Assembly (NCBI GenBank): GCA_963728915.1
Contig: CAVSLV010000003.1
Coordinates: forward strand, 96,001-160,000
Source: an uncultured Gemmatimonadales bacterium
GTDB lineage: Bacteria; Gemmatimonadota; Gemmatimonadetes; Gemmatimonadales; GWC2-71-9
Length of the DNA: 64,000 nucleotides
Direction: 5' to 3'
Of this stretch, positions 28,780-41,332 are shown in pieces; within the stretch, counting starts at the first letter, position 1, and each line of letters starts with the position of its first letter. The translations under genes were made by a program, and so were the position numbers. Under the pieces are notes generated by a model. The model worked only from the letters and a program-made list of their open reading frames with translations. It searched no databases and was not told the DNA's origin.

Positions 28780-29238
28780 TCAGCGGAAGAGGTCTGGTAT
28801 CGAAATCTCGACCGGCTTGGGTTGACCAGGAGCAACCCACGTGACGCGCTCGCGGTGCGGCTCCTCGGAGGACCCGTCCCGGCGCGAGACATACAGGCAC
28901 GACTCGCGCAGATCCAGCCGCCAGTACTCCGGGACGCCCAAAGCCAGGTATGCTGGACCCTTATAGTCCCGATCGCACACCTCGGATCCCTTTCCCGACA
29001 CCTCCACCGCAAGCCACCACTCTCGAATGCTGGTCCATCTGTGGTCGAGCTTCAAGGGCCGAGGCAGCGCCGTTCGAGGGACGACCAGGAGGTCGGGTTC
29101 AAGATGATGCCCGGGTTCGAGCTCGATGACCCCCGGGGAAAACAGCTCCGCGTCGACATGCATCCTGAGATACCCGGCCAGCTCGGAAAACAGCCGTTCT
29201 TTGGGTCGCGGAGCACCCTCGGCAGCAGGCTCAAGCAC
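28780..29238 (-). CDS. Uma2-family (PD-(D/E)xK) endonuclease-like protein, probably N-terminally truncated
   Basis: LEPDLLVVP...LAVEVSGKGS...DRDYKGPAYLALGVPEYWRLD. The usual N-terminal YE..DGEL..PAP...HQ segment is not seen. Confidence 0.75.
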   Translation of the reverse strand: MLEPAAEGAPRPKERLFSELAGYLRMHVDAELFSPGVIELEPGHHLEPDLLVVPRTALPRPLKLDHRWTSIREWWLAVEVSGKGSEVCDRDYKGPAYLALGVPEYWRLDLRESCLYVSRRDGSSEEPHRERVTWVAPGQPKPVEISIPDLFR

Positions 29239-29351
29239 TGAAGTTTCAATAGCTTAGCCGCCATTCCGGGGATTGTGGCGCTACCCCTAATCCCCTATAT
29301 TTGAACGTTCGGGTCGCCGTGTCCCGGACCGACCTTCCGCCCCACCTGCGC

Positions 29352-31840
<2,489 letters not shown>

Positions 31841-31844
<4 letters not shown>

Positions 31845-32833
31845 GTGAGTCGGACGCTCCTGCCCTGTGCGCCCTCCAGGCCGCAGCGTCGGCCCTCGAG
31901 GGCATCGCCGTCCGGACCCCCCTCATCGAAGCAGCACCCCTCTCCCGCCGGCTCGGCGTCCCGGTCTTCCTCAAGTGCGAGCAGTGCCAGCCGGTCGGCG
32001 CCTTCAAAGTCCGGGGCGCCTGGACCGCGGTGACCCGGCTGATCGAGCGGGAGGGCCGCCCCCGCGGGCTGATCGCCCACTCCTCCGGGAATCACGGCCG
32101 CGCGGTGGCCTGGGTAGCCCGCCGGCTCGAGCTTCCCGCCGTCATCGTGATGAACGACAACGCGCCGGAGGTGAAGGTGCGCGCGGTCCGCGCCGAGGGC
32201 GCGGAGGTGGTGCTGGTGGACCGGTATGAGCGGGTTAGGGTCGCCGAGGAACGGTCCCGGCGCGACGGCCTGACGATGATCCCGCCGTTCAATCATCCCG
32301 ACGTGATTCTGGGGCAGTCCACCTGCGCGCTCGAGGTGCTCGAGGCGGCCCCCCAGATCAGGCATCTCCTCTCCCCGATCGGCGGGGGCGGACTCCTGGC
32401 CGGCTGCTGCGCCGCCGCGATCGCGCTCAACCACCCGGTGGAGCCGATCGGCTGCGAGCCCGTCGGGGCCGCCAAGCTCTCCCGGGCCCTCGCCGAGGGA
32501 CACCCGGCCCCGCTCGAGACCACCCGGAGCATCGCGGATGGACTCCTGCCGGTGGCGGTCGGGGACCTTCCCTGGCCGCTGATTCGCCAGCGGGTTACCC
32601 GGGCCTTCCAGGTGGAAGAGGATGCCATCGGTCTGGCGGTCGGGTTCCTCTTCCATGAGATGGGACTCCAGGTCGAGCCGTCCGGGGCCGTCGGCGTGGC
32701 GGCCCTCCTCGAGGGCCAGCTGACCCCGAGCGGACCGGTGGCGGTCATCCTGAGCGGCGGGAATGTGGCCCCTGAGCTCTTTTCGCAACTGACGAACCGT
32801 CCGCCGGTCCGCCAGTCCGCCGGTCCGCGGTAA
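31841..32833 (+). CDS. PLP-dependent threonine/serine dehydratase (serine racemase-like)
   Basis: RTPL, LKCE...[33 protein letters not shown]. Confidence 0.9.
32798..32829 (-). repeat. GGCGGACH octamer tandem array (4 units, reverse orientation) at the 3' end of the dehydratase gene
   Basis: Plus strand reads cgtccgcc ggtccgcc agtccgcc ggtccgcg. Confidence 0.8.
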
Positions 32834-32836
32834 CCC

Positions 32837-34246
32837 ATGCCCGCCTACACTCCCCACGTGCTGATCGTCGACGACGATTACACCCTGGCCCGTACCATGT
32901 CCCGGATGCTGGTGGACAACGGGTACGATCCCGCCACGCTGTCGAGCGGGGTGGGTCTCCCCGAGTATCTGGCGACCCGGCAGGTGGACCTGTTGCTGCT
33001 CGATCTCTCGCTGCCCGGCAAGGACGGGGTCTCGCTGATCGAGCTGATCCGGCGCGATCCGGCCTGTCGCGACCTCGAGATTATCGCCATGACCTCGGAG
33101 GCTCCCGAGGAGGTCTCGGTTGGGGCGCTTTCCGCGGGCGCTTCGGACGTGGTGGGCAAGCCGATCCGGATCCGTGAGCTGCTGGCGCGCATTCGCACCC
33201 GGCTCCGAGCCACCCGGAGGTTGAACCAGGCCCGCGCCGAGGCGCGGGCCCAGTCGGCGCTGGTCGAGCTGCTCCGGGACATCACCTCGAACCTTCCGCC
33301 CCGGGAGTTGTTCCAGGTGCTGGTTCGACAGGTGGCCACCGGGCTCCGGATCCCCCGGTGCTCCATCCTCCTCGCCAAAGCGGGCGCGGATCGGGGCACC
33401 GTGGTTGCCGCCTCGGAAAACCCGGTGCTCAGCGAGCTGCCGGTCGATCTCAATCGCTATCCCGAAATCAGACGGGCGCTCGACAGTGGTGAGGTGGTGC
33501 TGGTGCGGGACGTGGCCGCCGATCCGGTGTACCAGGGCATCTCCGACATCACCACGACTTCAGTGCTGGTGATTCCCTTCGCGCTCCGGGGCGAGCGGGC
33601 CGGCGTCTTCTTCCTCCGCACCGGACCGGGCGATCCGCCGCTCGACGAAATGGATCTCCGGTTCGCCGGCCGGGTGGTCGAGTCGGCCGCGAGCGCGATC
33701 GAGCGCGCCCTGGACAACGACGAGGCCTCGCAGCGGGAACAGACGATGCGGCAGCTCGCCGAGACCGATCCGCTCACCGGCCTCCTCAACCGCCGAACCT
33801 TCGACGAAAGGCTGGCGCAGGAAGTGGATCGCGCCGCGCGCTACAGCACGGCGCTCTCCTGCCTGATGATCGACATCGACCATTTCAAGGCCACCAACGA
33901 TTCCTACGGACACCATGCGGGGGACCGGGTCCTGACCCAGTTCGCCGAGCTGCTGCGCCGGGAGCAGCGTTCCATGGACATCGTGACGCGCTACGGGGGC
34001 GAGGAATTCGTGGTGATTCTGCCCGAAACCGGCAACGCGGGAGCCCGCCTGTTCGCGGAGCGGATTCTGCGCCGGGTCCAGGCCAAGCCGTTCGGCGAGC
34101 CGGAGACCTCCATTCCGGTCACCGTGAGTATCGGCCTGGCCACCTACCCCGATGAACGGGCGCTCGACGCCGAGGGGTTGCTGCGGCTGGCCGACCGCAA
34201 CCTGCTCCGGGCCAAGAACGACGGCCGGAACCGCTATCGAGATTGA
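32837..34246 (+). CDS. REC-GAF-GGDEF diguanylate cyclase
   Basis: VLIVDDD and LLLDLSLP receiver, a GAF-like middle, then DPLTGLLNRR, DIDHFK, I-site RSMD and RYGGEEF. Confidence 0.93.
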   Translation: MPAYTPHVLIVDDDYTLARTMSRMLVDNGYDPATLSSGVGLPEYLATRQVDLLLLDLSLPGKDGVSLIELIRRDPACRDLEIIAMTSEAPEEVSVGALSAGASDVVGKPIRIRELLARIRTRLRATRRLNQARAEARAQSALVELLRDITSNLPPRELFQVLVRQVATGLRIPRCSILLAKAGADRGTVVAASENPVLSELPVDLNRYPEIRRALDSGEVVLVRDVAADPVYQGISDITTTSVLVIPFALRGERAGVFFLRTGPGDPPLDEMDLRFAGRVVESAASAIERALDNDEASQREQTMRQLAETDPLTGLLNRRTFDERLAQEVDRAARYSTALSCLMIDIDHFKATNDSYGHHAGDRVLTQFAELLRREQRSMDIVTRYGGEEFVVILPETGNAGARLFAERILRRVQAKPFGEPETSIPVTVSIGLATYPDERALDAEGLLRLADRNLLRAKNDGRNRYRD

Positions 34247-35271
34247 GCGCCCTCCGTTGCCCGCGCTGCGGCGCGACCTACGATCCTCCCGCCCGGTTCT
34301 GTCAACGCGACGGGTTTCCGCTGGCCCCCGGCTCTGCGCCACCTCCCACCACGCCACGCTCCTTCGGACTCCACCGCACCGGGGAACACCGGGTACCGGT
34401 CGCGTTGCGCGGCGATCCCGCCTCGGGGATGTCCGGGCGGGTGCTCGACGGGCGGTATCAGATCGAGATGCGGGTCGGGGAAGGAGGGATGGCCTACGTG
34501 TACCGGGCCAAGGACCGCGAGACCGGGCACACCGTCGCGGTCAAGGTCCTGATGGCCCGCCTGGTCAGCGATCGGGAAGCGGTGGGGCGGTTGCAACGCG
34601 AAGCGAAGGTGGCGATGCGGCTGGATCACCCCAACGTGTGCGGCATCGTGGGCTATGGCGAGGCGGGCGGATTGCCCTATCTGGTGATGCCGTTTCTCGA
34701 GGGGGAGACGCTTTCCCGCCGAGAGACCCGCCACGGCCCGATGCCCGAGCCGCTCGCGACCCGCCTCCTCCGGCAGCTCTGCCTCGGCCTCCAGCACGCG
34801 CACGAGGCCGGCATCCTGCACCGTGACCTCAAGCCGGAGAATGTCATGCTGGTTCCCGGCGCGCACCCCGGAATGGAGCGGGCCGTCGTCATGGACTTCG
34901 GGCTCGCCAAGGAAACCGTGGTCGCAGCCGAAGTCATGAAGCTCACCGCCACCGGGATCGTGCTGGGCACGCCGGAGTTCATGAGCCCGGAACAGATCCG
35001 GGGGAAGCCGCTCGACCGCCGGAGCGACATCTTCGGGCTTGGCGTGTTAGGGTTCGAGCTGGTGACCGGCCGGCTCCCCTTCGAGGGAACCACCGCCCAG
35101 GAGACCATGCTGGCCCACCTGACCGGCCAGCCGCTCCGGCTTCGCCAGGTCAACCCCAAGCTCACCGCGGGCCTCGAGCGGGTGCTGGCCCAGGGAATCG
35201 CCCACAAGCCGGAAAACCGGTTTCAGTCGATGGCGGAGTTCGAGGAAGCGCTGGCGGAGGTGGGTCAGTGA
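34243..35271 (+). CDS. Cytoplasmic Ser/Thr kinase with N-terminal zinc ribbon
   Basis: CPRCG...FCQRDG, then GEGGMAYV, VAVKVL, HRDLKPEN, DFG, GTPEFMSPEQ. Confidence 0.92.
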   Translation: MSALRCPRCGATYDPPARFCQRDGFPLAPGSAPPPTTPRSFGLHRTGEHRVPVALRGDPASGMSGRVLDGRYQIEMRVGEGGMAYVYRAKDRETGHTVAVKVLMARLVSDREAVGRLQREAKVAMRLDHPNVCGIVGYGEAGGLPYLVMPFLEGETLSRRETRHGPMPEPLATRLLRQLCLGLQHAHEAGILHRDLKPENVMLVPGAHPGMERAVVMDFGLAKETVVAAEVMKLTATGIVLGTPEFMSPEQIRGKPLDRRSDIFGLGVLGFELVTGRLPFEGTTAQETMLAHLTGQPLRLRQVNPKLTAGLERVLAQGIAHKPENRFQSMAEFEEALAEVGQ

Positions 35272-36008
35272 GGCCGGTCCTCTCCTTCCTCGCCGCCCTC
35301 TCCGCGTGCAGCGTCACTCCGCTCACCAACAAGATCCGGGTCGGGGAAGAGGCGCTCGTGGTGGGAATCGGTGAGGGCACCGATGGGGAAACCGATCTCT
35401 TCGCCGCTCCCGCCGGCGGGGGCAGCTTTACCCGGATCACCTTCACCCGGGCCGAAGAGCGGGCCCCGAGCCTGAGTCCATCGGGAACGACCATCGCGTT
35501 CCTGCGCCGGACCGCCCCAGGGGACGAAACCTGGTCGCTGGTGCTGCTCGATCTGCTCAATAACCGCGAGTCGGCCGCGCCGATCCCCAAGGCCGCGGGT
35601 GCGCCGAGTACGATCGGATGGAGCGGGGACGGGGCCCAGGTCGTGGTGCGCGCCCAGGCGATGCTCGTGACACCGGCTCCGCCGCGGGCCACCTGGCTCC
35701 GGGCGGTACCGCTCGACTCCGTCGCCTGGGCCGACTCGGTCGCCAGCAAGAGCCTGGGAGATCCGCCCCGGGGTCGAATTGCTTCCTGCGGGATCGGCGC
35801 GTTCTGCGTGATCGCCGGGACCGACACCACCCGACTCGAGGGCATCACCGACCCGATTCCCTGGGGGCCCGATTCGCTGGGCTATTTCACCGGAGACCAC
35901 GCGTGGGAAGTTCGCCCGCTTGGCGGCGGGCACACTCGACGACCGGTGTGGACCGAGGTTCCCGCGGGGCTACGCGAATTGACCTACCAGAGAGCCCCGG
36001 CTAGCTGA
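35268..36008 (+). CDS. Lipoprotein with a TolB/PD40-like segment
   Basis: Lipobox LSAC, then TRITFTRAEERAPSLSPSGTTIAFLR. Confidence 0.75.
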   Translation: MRPVLSFLAALSACSVTPLTNKIRVGEEALVVGIGEGTDGETDLFAAPAGGGSFTRITFTRAEERAPSLSPSGTTIAFLRRTAPGDETWSLVLLDLLNNRESAAPIPKAAGAPSTIGWSGDGAQVVVRAQAMLVTPAPPRATWLRAVPLDSVAWADSVASKSLGDPPRGRIASCGIGAFCVIAGTDTTRLEGITDPIPWGPDSLGYFTGDHAWEVRPLGGGHTRRPVWTEVPAGLRELTYQRAPAS

Positions 36009-36684
36009 TGACCCGGACCGGCGCTTCACTGCGCCGGTAGGCAATCGCCTCCCAGCCGGCAGTCAGCGCCTGCTCGACGTTGGGATGATCGGGGGTCCAG
36101 GTGCGGGAAGCGACCTGCTCTCCCACGAAGCCGGTCAGGGCGAGCCACACCGCGGCCCAGAGCTCCGCGGATCCGGGGCGAACCTGACCCCGCTGCTTTC
36201 CCGCGGCGACCAGCTGCTGAAGCGATTCCCGGAACTCGCGGGTCGCACGCCGGGCCGGCTCCTGCGACAGGGCCTCATCCGGGGGCCGCAACAGCATTCG
36301 GAGCATTGCGGGATCGCGCTCGGCGAGATCCACCAGCTGGCGCCCGATTCTGGACAGCCCCTCGCGGAGATCGTTCCCGGTCCGGGGCTCCTCCTCGGCG
36401 ATCAGCGCTTTGCCATATTGCTGCGCTTCGAGGCATGCCGCGGCGAGGAGGGCATCTTTCCCCGGGAAGTGGCGGTAGATCGTCGCTTCGGCCACTCCGG
36501 CGCGGTGGGCGATCTCGGGAGTGGTGGTGCCCCGAAACCCCTGAGTAGTGAACAACTCGAGCGCGGAGCGGATCAATCGGGCCCTGGTCGCGCGCGCGTC
36601 GCGGGATCGCCGCGCCGTCATCCGACGAGGATCCGGCGAGGGAGTCGACGGAGGAGGAGGCGGCGCGGGCGAGTGGGAAGTCAT
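36001..36684 (-). CDS. TetR/AcrR family regulator
   Basis: TRARLIRSALELFTTQGFRGTTTPEIAHRAGVAEATIYRHFPGKDALL. Start codon is uncertain. Confidence 0.9.
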   Translation of the reverse strand: MTSHSPAPPPPPSTPSPDPRRMTARRSRDARATRARLIRSALELFTTQGFRGTTTPEIAHRAGVAEATIYRHFPGKDALLAAACLEAQQYGKALIAEEEPRTGNDLREGLSRIGRQLVDLAERDPAMLRMLLRPPDEALSQEPARRATREFRESLQQLVAAGKQRGQVRPGSAELWAAVWLALTGFVGEQVASRTWTPDHPNVEQALTAGWEAIAYRRSEAPVRVIS

Positions 36685-36772
36685 GGCGGGTCGGAGAATA
36701 TACCTCGCCATTGAACCCAGTGATTGGCCCGGCTAGTTTGGGCGCCTCTTGACAGTTCTCGAGGAAGATGGA

Positions 36773-37936
36773 ATGAAATTCCTGGTGCTCGGCGCCGGTC
36801 TCCAGGGAGGCGCCGCGGCGTGGAGCCTTCTGCAACACGAAGCAGTGAAGCGGGTCACCCTCGCGGATCGCGAAACGGGGACCCTGCCGCCTTTTCTGCG
36901 AAGCCGCTCCGACGCCAGACTCCACGAGGTTACCCTGGATGCGCGGGATCAGGAGGCGCTCAAGGCCCTCATGACCGGGCACGACGCCGTGCTCTGTGCC
37001 CTCCCCTACTACTTCAATGAACCGGTGACCCACGCGGCGATCGCCGCGGGGCGGCACGCCTGCGATCTGGGCGGTAACACCGAAATCGTGGTGCAGCAGA
37101 AGGAGCGTAACGACGAAGCCACCCGGCGGGGCGTCTCCATCATTCCGGATTGCGGCCTCGCGCCGGGCATGGTCAACATCCTGGCCGCGGAGGGAATCCG
37201 GCGGCTCGACCGGCCCCGCTCGGTGAAGATCTACGTGGGCGGGCTGCCCCGGAACCCCGAGCCTCCCCTGAACTATCAGATCGTCTATTCACTCGAAGGC
37301 GCGCTCGACTATTACAGCACGCCGTCCTGGATCCTCCGCGGAGGAAAAGCAATCCGGGTCGAGGCGCTCTCCGAAGTGGAATCGCTGGAATTCCCCGCTC
37401 CGATCGGGACTCTGGAGGCGTTTCACACCGGCGGCGGGATCAGCACCCTGCCCTTCGGGTTCGAGGGACGGATCGACGTCATGGAGTACAAGACCCTCCG
37501 GTATCCGGGACACGCCGCGATCATGCGCCCGATCCGCGATCTCGGCCTGATCTCGAATCTGCCGGTCAAGCTGAACGGCCGGCCGGTGGTGCCGCGCGAC
37601 CTGTTCATTGCGGTCGTGGAGCCGAAACTGCTCAAGCCGGACTCGCCCGACGTGGTGGTGCTGCGGGTGATCGTGAGCGGGGAGAGGGCCGGCCGGGAGA
37701 CCGCCATCGATTTCGAGCTGATCGATTACGCCGACGAGGCGCGTGGGATTACCGCGATGATGCGGACGACCGGATTCTCACTGGCGCTGACCGCGCTGAT
37801 GCAGGTGAACGGTACCATCACGACGCCCGGGGTTCACACCCCGGACCAAGTCGTGCCGTTTCAGCCCTACGTCGAAGGCCTGGCGAAGTTCGGGGTGCGG
37901 ATCGCGGTGGAAGAACGCGAGGGATCGGCCGCCTAG
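36773..37936 (+). CDS. Saccharopine dehydrogenase / lysine 6-dehydrogenase family oxidoreductase
   Basis: MKFLVLGAGLQG (Rossmann fold), CDLGG, DCGLAPG, YVGGLP, YKTLRYPGH, AMMRTTG. Confidence 0.9.
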   Translation: MKFLVLGAGLQGGAAAWSLLQHEAVKRVTLADRETGTLPPFLRSRSDARLHEVTLDARDQEALKALMTGHDAVLCALPYYFNEPVTHAAIAAGRHACDLGGNTEIVVQQKERNDEATRRGVSIIPDCGLAPGMVNILAAEGIRRLDRPRSVKIYVGGLPRNPEPPLNYQIVYSLEGALDYYSTPSWILRGGKAIRVEALSEVESLEFPAPIGTLEAFHTGGGISTLPFGFEGRIDVMEYKTLRYPGHAAIMRPIRDLGLISNLPVKLNGRPVVPRDLFIAVVEPKLLKPDSPDVVVLRVIVSGERAGRETAIDFELIDYADEARGITAMMRTTGFSLALTALMQVNGTITTPGVHTPDQVVPFQPYVEGLAKFGVRIAVEEREGSAA

Positions 37937-39087
37937 AAGGACCAGCCCACGCCCGAGGTGAAGTTGAACCCGTTCGGGCCTTTCGCGAAGTAGAAGGACA
38001 CCAGGGCCTGGCGGAGCACCCGCAGGGCGACGCCGCCCCCTAACCCGGTCTTCCATCCCGAGAACGTCAGCGGTCCGCCGGCCGGCCCGTCATACACCCC
38101 GCCGCCGTCCATGAACGCCAGCAGGGTCAGGGCGCCGTAGTCTCCCCCATCGACCAGGTCGTATCGCACCTCGGCGCTGGTCATCACCGCCCGGCGTCCG
38201 GCCAGACGGCCCCGGACGTACCCCCGATTGCTGTCGAATCCCCCATAGACAGACGGCACGCGCTCCCATTCGGGGAATTCGTACCGGGCGTCGAGCGGGG
38301 CGTTCTCGCCCAGGCTCCGAAACCCGGCGCGGCCCGCGATCACCAGTCCCCGGCGCAGCGACACGTATCCGCGGCCCTGTCCGTATACGCCTGCGTACCC
38401 CGACCCGCAGGGGGCTTCGCAATACCTGCCGGTCCCGCCGAGCAGACCGGCCTCGAGGAGCAAGCCCTTCGCGGGAAAAAGCTCGCGGTCGCGGGTGTCG
38501 AGAATGGCGGTGAGCCGGGCGGTCGCGTCGGTGCCGGCGAGATTCGCGGGATGGTCGACCGCGAAGAGGTTCTCGACGTCGAGTGCCGAGTAGCTGAAGT
38601 GGGTGACCCCGGCGGCGGCGGACACCGAGAAGGGGCCCTTGATCCGGCGGGTGACCTCCACCCGCCCGTAGTACTGGGTGCGTTTCACCCGGAAGTAGTC
38701 GGTGGGAAATGCGTCGGGATCCAGCCCTGCGTCTCCCCCCGGGCCGGTTCCGTAGTACCCGAATCTTCCTTCCCGGACTGCGCCTGCATCGCCGGCGAGG
38801 CGCCAGTTCGGGTTGAGCCCGGGCGCACGCGCCTTGAGGGTCAACATTCGGGACCCCCGGGTGCCCCAGGCGCCCTCCGCTCCCAGGTACCAGTCGTGGG
38901 GAAATCGCGAGTTGTACTCCGCTTGCCGGGCGAATTGCCAGTGCCCGATGATCAACAGCCCGTTGTTGGGATCTCCCAGCAGATAGGGGAACCAGTCCAT
39001 CCGGGGCGGTATGGTTTCGTCCTGCGCGGCCAGGAGGGGGGGGCCGGCCAGGCAACCGAAGAGCAGGACTGCCGGGAGATACCGCAT
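37933..39087 (-). CDS. Barrel-only Omp85/BamA-family outer-membrane protein
   Basis: Signal peptide, LDTRD...P.KG, NRGYVRGRLAG, AEVRY, FMDGGGV, and a terminal GWSF beta-signal. Confidence 0.8.
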   Translation of the reverse strand: MRYLPAVLLFGCLAGPPLLAAQDETIPPRMDWFPYLLGDPNNGLLIIGHWQFARQAEYNSRFPHDWYLGAEGAWGTRGSRMLTLKARAPGLNPNWRLAGDAGAVREGRFGYYGTGPGGDAGLDPDAFPTDYFRVKRTQYYGRVEVTRRIKGPFSVSAAAGVTHFSYSALDVENLFAVDHPANLAGTDATARLTAILDTRDRELFPAKGLLLEAGLLGGTGRYCEAPCGSGYAGVYGQGRGYVSLRRGLVIAGRAGFRSLGENAPLDARYEFPEWERVPSVYGGFDSNRGYVRGRLAGRRAVMTSAEVRYDLVDGGDYGALTLLAFMDGGGVYDGPAGGPLTFSGWKTGLGGGVALRVLRQALVSFYFAKGPNGFNFTSGVGWSF

Positions 39088-39088
39088 T

Positions 39089-40117
39089 CTATTCTTTCGG
39101 ATAGAGCGTGGCGGCGTCGAGGAGGCGGGGCCCGCGTTCATCGCAGGCGGCATATCTGGCCGGGAACATCGAGGCCGCCCCGAACTCACCCCGCTTGTTC
39201 AACGCATAGAAGGTGAGCTGGGGCGGGCGGCCCTGGGCATCCCGCTTGTTCTCGGGACAGATCGCGACGACCCGGCGCAGCGTGGCCAGGCAGGCATCGG
39301 TCGGACTCTTTCCCTGGCGCATGAATTCCACGGTGAGGAAGCCTCCGCAGACCATGATGTTGAGCTCGCCCAGTCCGGTGGAGCCGGCGGCCCCGATTTC
39401 GTTGTCGGTGTACTGGCCCGCCCCGACGATCGGGGAATCTCCGGCGCGTCCCGGAATCTTCCAGGCCAGTCCCGCGGTGGTGGTGACCGAGGAGATCTCG
39501 CCCTTGTCGTTGATCGCGTCGAGATTGATCGTTCCGGTCGGGCGGATCCCCACCGGCGCTCCGTCGGGGACATCCATCCAGCTGTCGCCCTTGCTCCGGT
39601 TGGCCCGCCAGCGGAGCCATTTCTCGCGGGAAGACGGGGTCAGCAGGTCCTCTTCCTTGAAGCCGTAGGAAAGCGCGAAGCGCTTGGCTCCTTCGCCCAC
39701 CAGCAGGATGTGATCGGTGTACTTGAGCACCAGCCGGGCCACTTCGCTCGCCGTCTTGATGCCTTCCAGCGCGGCGACCGCGCCGGCGCGGCGGGTGGGT
39801 CCGTGCACGCAGCTCGCGTCGAGCTGGACCACGCCGTCCTCATTGGGGAGCCCGCCGTAACCGACCGATTCGTCGGTGGGATCCAGCTCCTGGATCTTGA
39901 CGCCTTCGACGGCGGCATCGAGGGTATCGGTGCCCTGGGTCATGAGCTGCACCGCGCGCTCCACGCCGCGAATCCCGTTGGCCGAGGCGACCGCGGCGAA
40001 CTTCGCCAGCGGGGGACGCCGGATCCGGGGCGCGGCAACGGCGGATGGCACCGGGAGCGCCGATCCGGCCACGGCGGCCGCGGCGGTCCCCAGGAAGTCA
40101 CGGCGGGTGACGGACAT
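39089..40117 (-). CDS. Tat-exported N(4)-(beta-N-acetylglucosaminyl)-L-asparaginase-like Ntn hydrolase
   Basis: TRRDFL Tat motif, SVGYGGLPNEDGVVQLDA, GTI nucleophile site, GRAGDSPIVGAG, STGLGE. Confidence 0.9.
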   Translation of the reverse strand: MSVTRRDFLGTAAAAVAGSALPVPSAVAAPRIRRPPLAKFAAVASANGIRGVERAVQLMTQGTDTLDAAVEGVKIQELDPTDESVGYGGLPNEDGVVQLDASCVHGPTRRAGAVAALEGIKTASEVARLVLKYTDHILLVGEGAKRFALSYGFKEEDLLTPSSREKWLRWRANRSKGDSWMDVPDGAPVGIRPTGTINLDAINDKGEISSVTTTAGLAWKIPGRAGDSPIVGAGQYTDNEIGAAGSTGLGELNIMVCGGFLTVEFMRQGKSPTDACLATLRRVVAICPENKRDAQGRPPQLTFYALNKRGEFGAASMFPARYAACDERGPRLLDAATLYPKE

Positions 40118-40229
40118 GCGCATCCTCGGCGGAACGGGAGGCTGGAATCAGGGCCCGGGTGCCCCTTCTGTCAACTTGCCGTGCCGGGGTGGGGATTCTA
40201 CCTTCTCCCATCCTCCTCCCATCCTCATC

Positions 40230-41297
40230 GTGACTGCCGACCCGCCGCGACCGCGCCTCGACCCGGCGATCTTCAATCTTCCGGTCGAGAAGATGCGCGC
40301 GGGTTACTACTCCGACAAATACTTCACGCGGGCCCGCGAAATCCTGCTCGCGGATGGCATGCGCTCGCGGGTTACCATGCAGGTCTTCGGCAAGGCCCCC
40401 GCCTACCTGGGCGGCATCGACGAAGCCATCGCGATTCTCAAGCTCTGCGCCCTGGAATGGGACGATCTCGAGGTGTGGGCCCTGCACGATGGCGATCCGA
40501 TCGCTCCCTGGGAGTCGGTCCTGATGATCGAGGGCCCCTATCACGCCTTCGCTCATCTGGAAACGCTTTACCTGGGCGTGCTGGCACGGCGGACCCGGGT
40601 GGGCACCAACACCCGGCGGGTGGTGGAAGCGGCACGGCCCAAGGAGATCATGTTCTTTCCGGCCCGGCACGACCATTGGATCGTGCAGACCGGCGACGGG
40701 TATGCGGCGCACATCGCCGGGGCGATCGGCGTCTCCACCGATGCCCAGGCGTCCTGGTGGGGAAGCGAAGGAGTGGGTACGGTGCCGCACGCCCTGATCG
40801 CCGCCTACGGGGGAGACACGGTCCTCGCCACGGTGAAATTCTCCGAGCACATCGAACCGTCGGTCCGGCTGGTTACCCTGGTGGACTTCGAGAATGACTG
40901 CGTCGGCACGTCGCTCAAGGTGGCGCGGGCCCTGGGCGATCGCCTGTACGGAGTCCGGCTCGATACCAGCGAGATGCTGGTGGACCGTTCGGTCATTCCG
41001 CAGATGGGAACCTTCCGCCCGACCGGGGTGTGCCCCCAACTGGTGCGGAACGTTCGCGACGCTCTCGATGCCAACGGGTTCCCCGCCGTCAAGATCATCG
41101 TGTCGGGCGGCTTCACGGTCGAGAAGATCCAGGAATTCACCCGGCTCGAGGTGCCGGTCGATGCCTATGGCGTCGGTAGCTCGCTGTTCCAGGGACGATT
41201 TGATTTCACTGCCGACGTGGTGCGGCTGGAAGGGAAGCCCTGCGCCAAGGTGGGCCGGGAATACCGGTCGAACCCGAGCCTGGAACGGGTGAGGTGA
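40230..41297 (+). CDS. pncB: Nicotinate phosphoribosyltransferase-like (type II PRTase)
   Basis: YSDKYF, GTVPHAL, LVDFEND, GVRLDT, IIVSGGF, YGVGS, FTAD...KVGR. Adjacent to a nicotinamidase. GTG start is inferred. Confidence 0.8.
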   Translation: MTADPPRPRLDPAIFNLPVEKMRAGYYSDKYFTRAREILLADGMRSRVTMQVFGKAPAYLGGIDEAIAILKLCALEWDDLEVWALHDGDPIAPWESVLMIEGPYHAFAHLETLYLGVLARRTRVGTNTRRVVEAARPKEIMFFPARHDHWIVQTGDGYAAHIAGAIGVSTDAQASWWGSEGVGTVPHALIAAYGGDTVLATVKFSEHIEPSVRLVTLVDFENDCVGTSLKVARALGDRLYGVRLDTSEMLVDRSVIPQMGTFRPTGVCPQLVRNVRDALDANGFPAVKIIVSGGFTVEKIQEFTRLEVPVDAYGVGSSLFQGRFDFTADVVRLEGKPCAKVGREYRSNPSLERVR

Positions 41298-41329
41298 GGC
41301 GGACCGGCGGACCGGCGGACAGGCGGACA
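41298..41329 (+). repeat. GGCGGACH octamer tandem array (4 units) between pncB and pncA
   Basis: ggcggacc ggcggacc ggcggaca ggcggaca. Confidence 0.85.
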
Positions 41330-41332
41330 GAG

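Noticed and set aside
28780..29238. Uma2 gene as an anti-phage defence or mobile-element marker
   Set aside because: It is solitary and probably truncated, with no methylase, integrase or other defence genes nearby.
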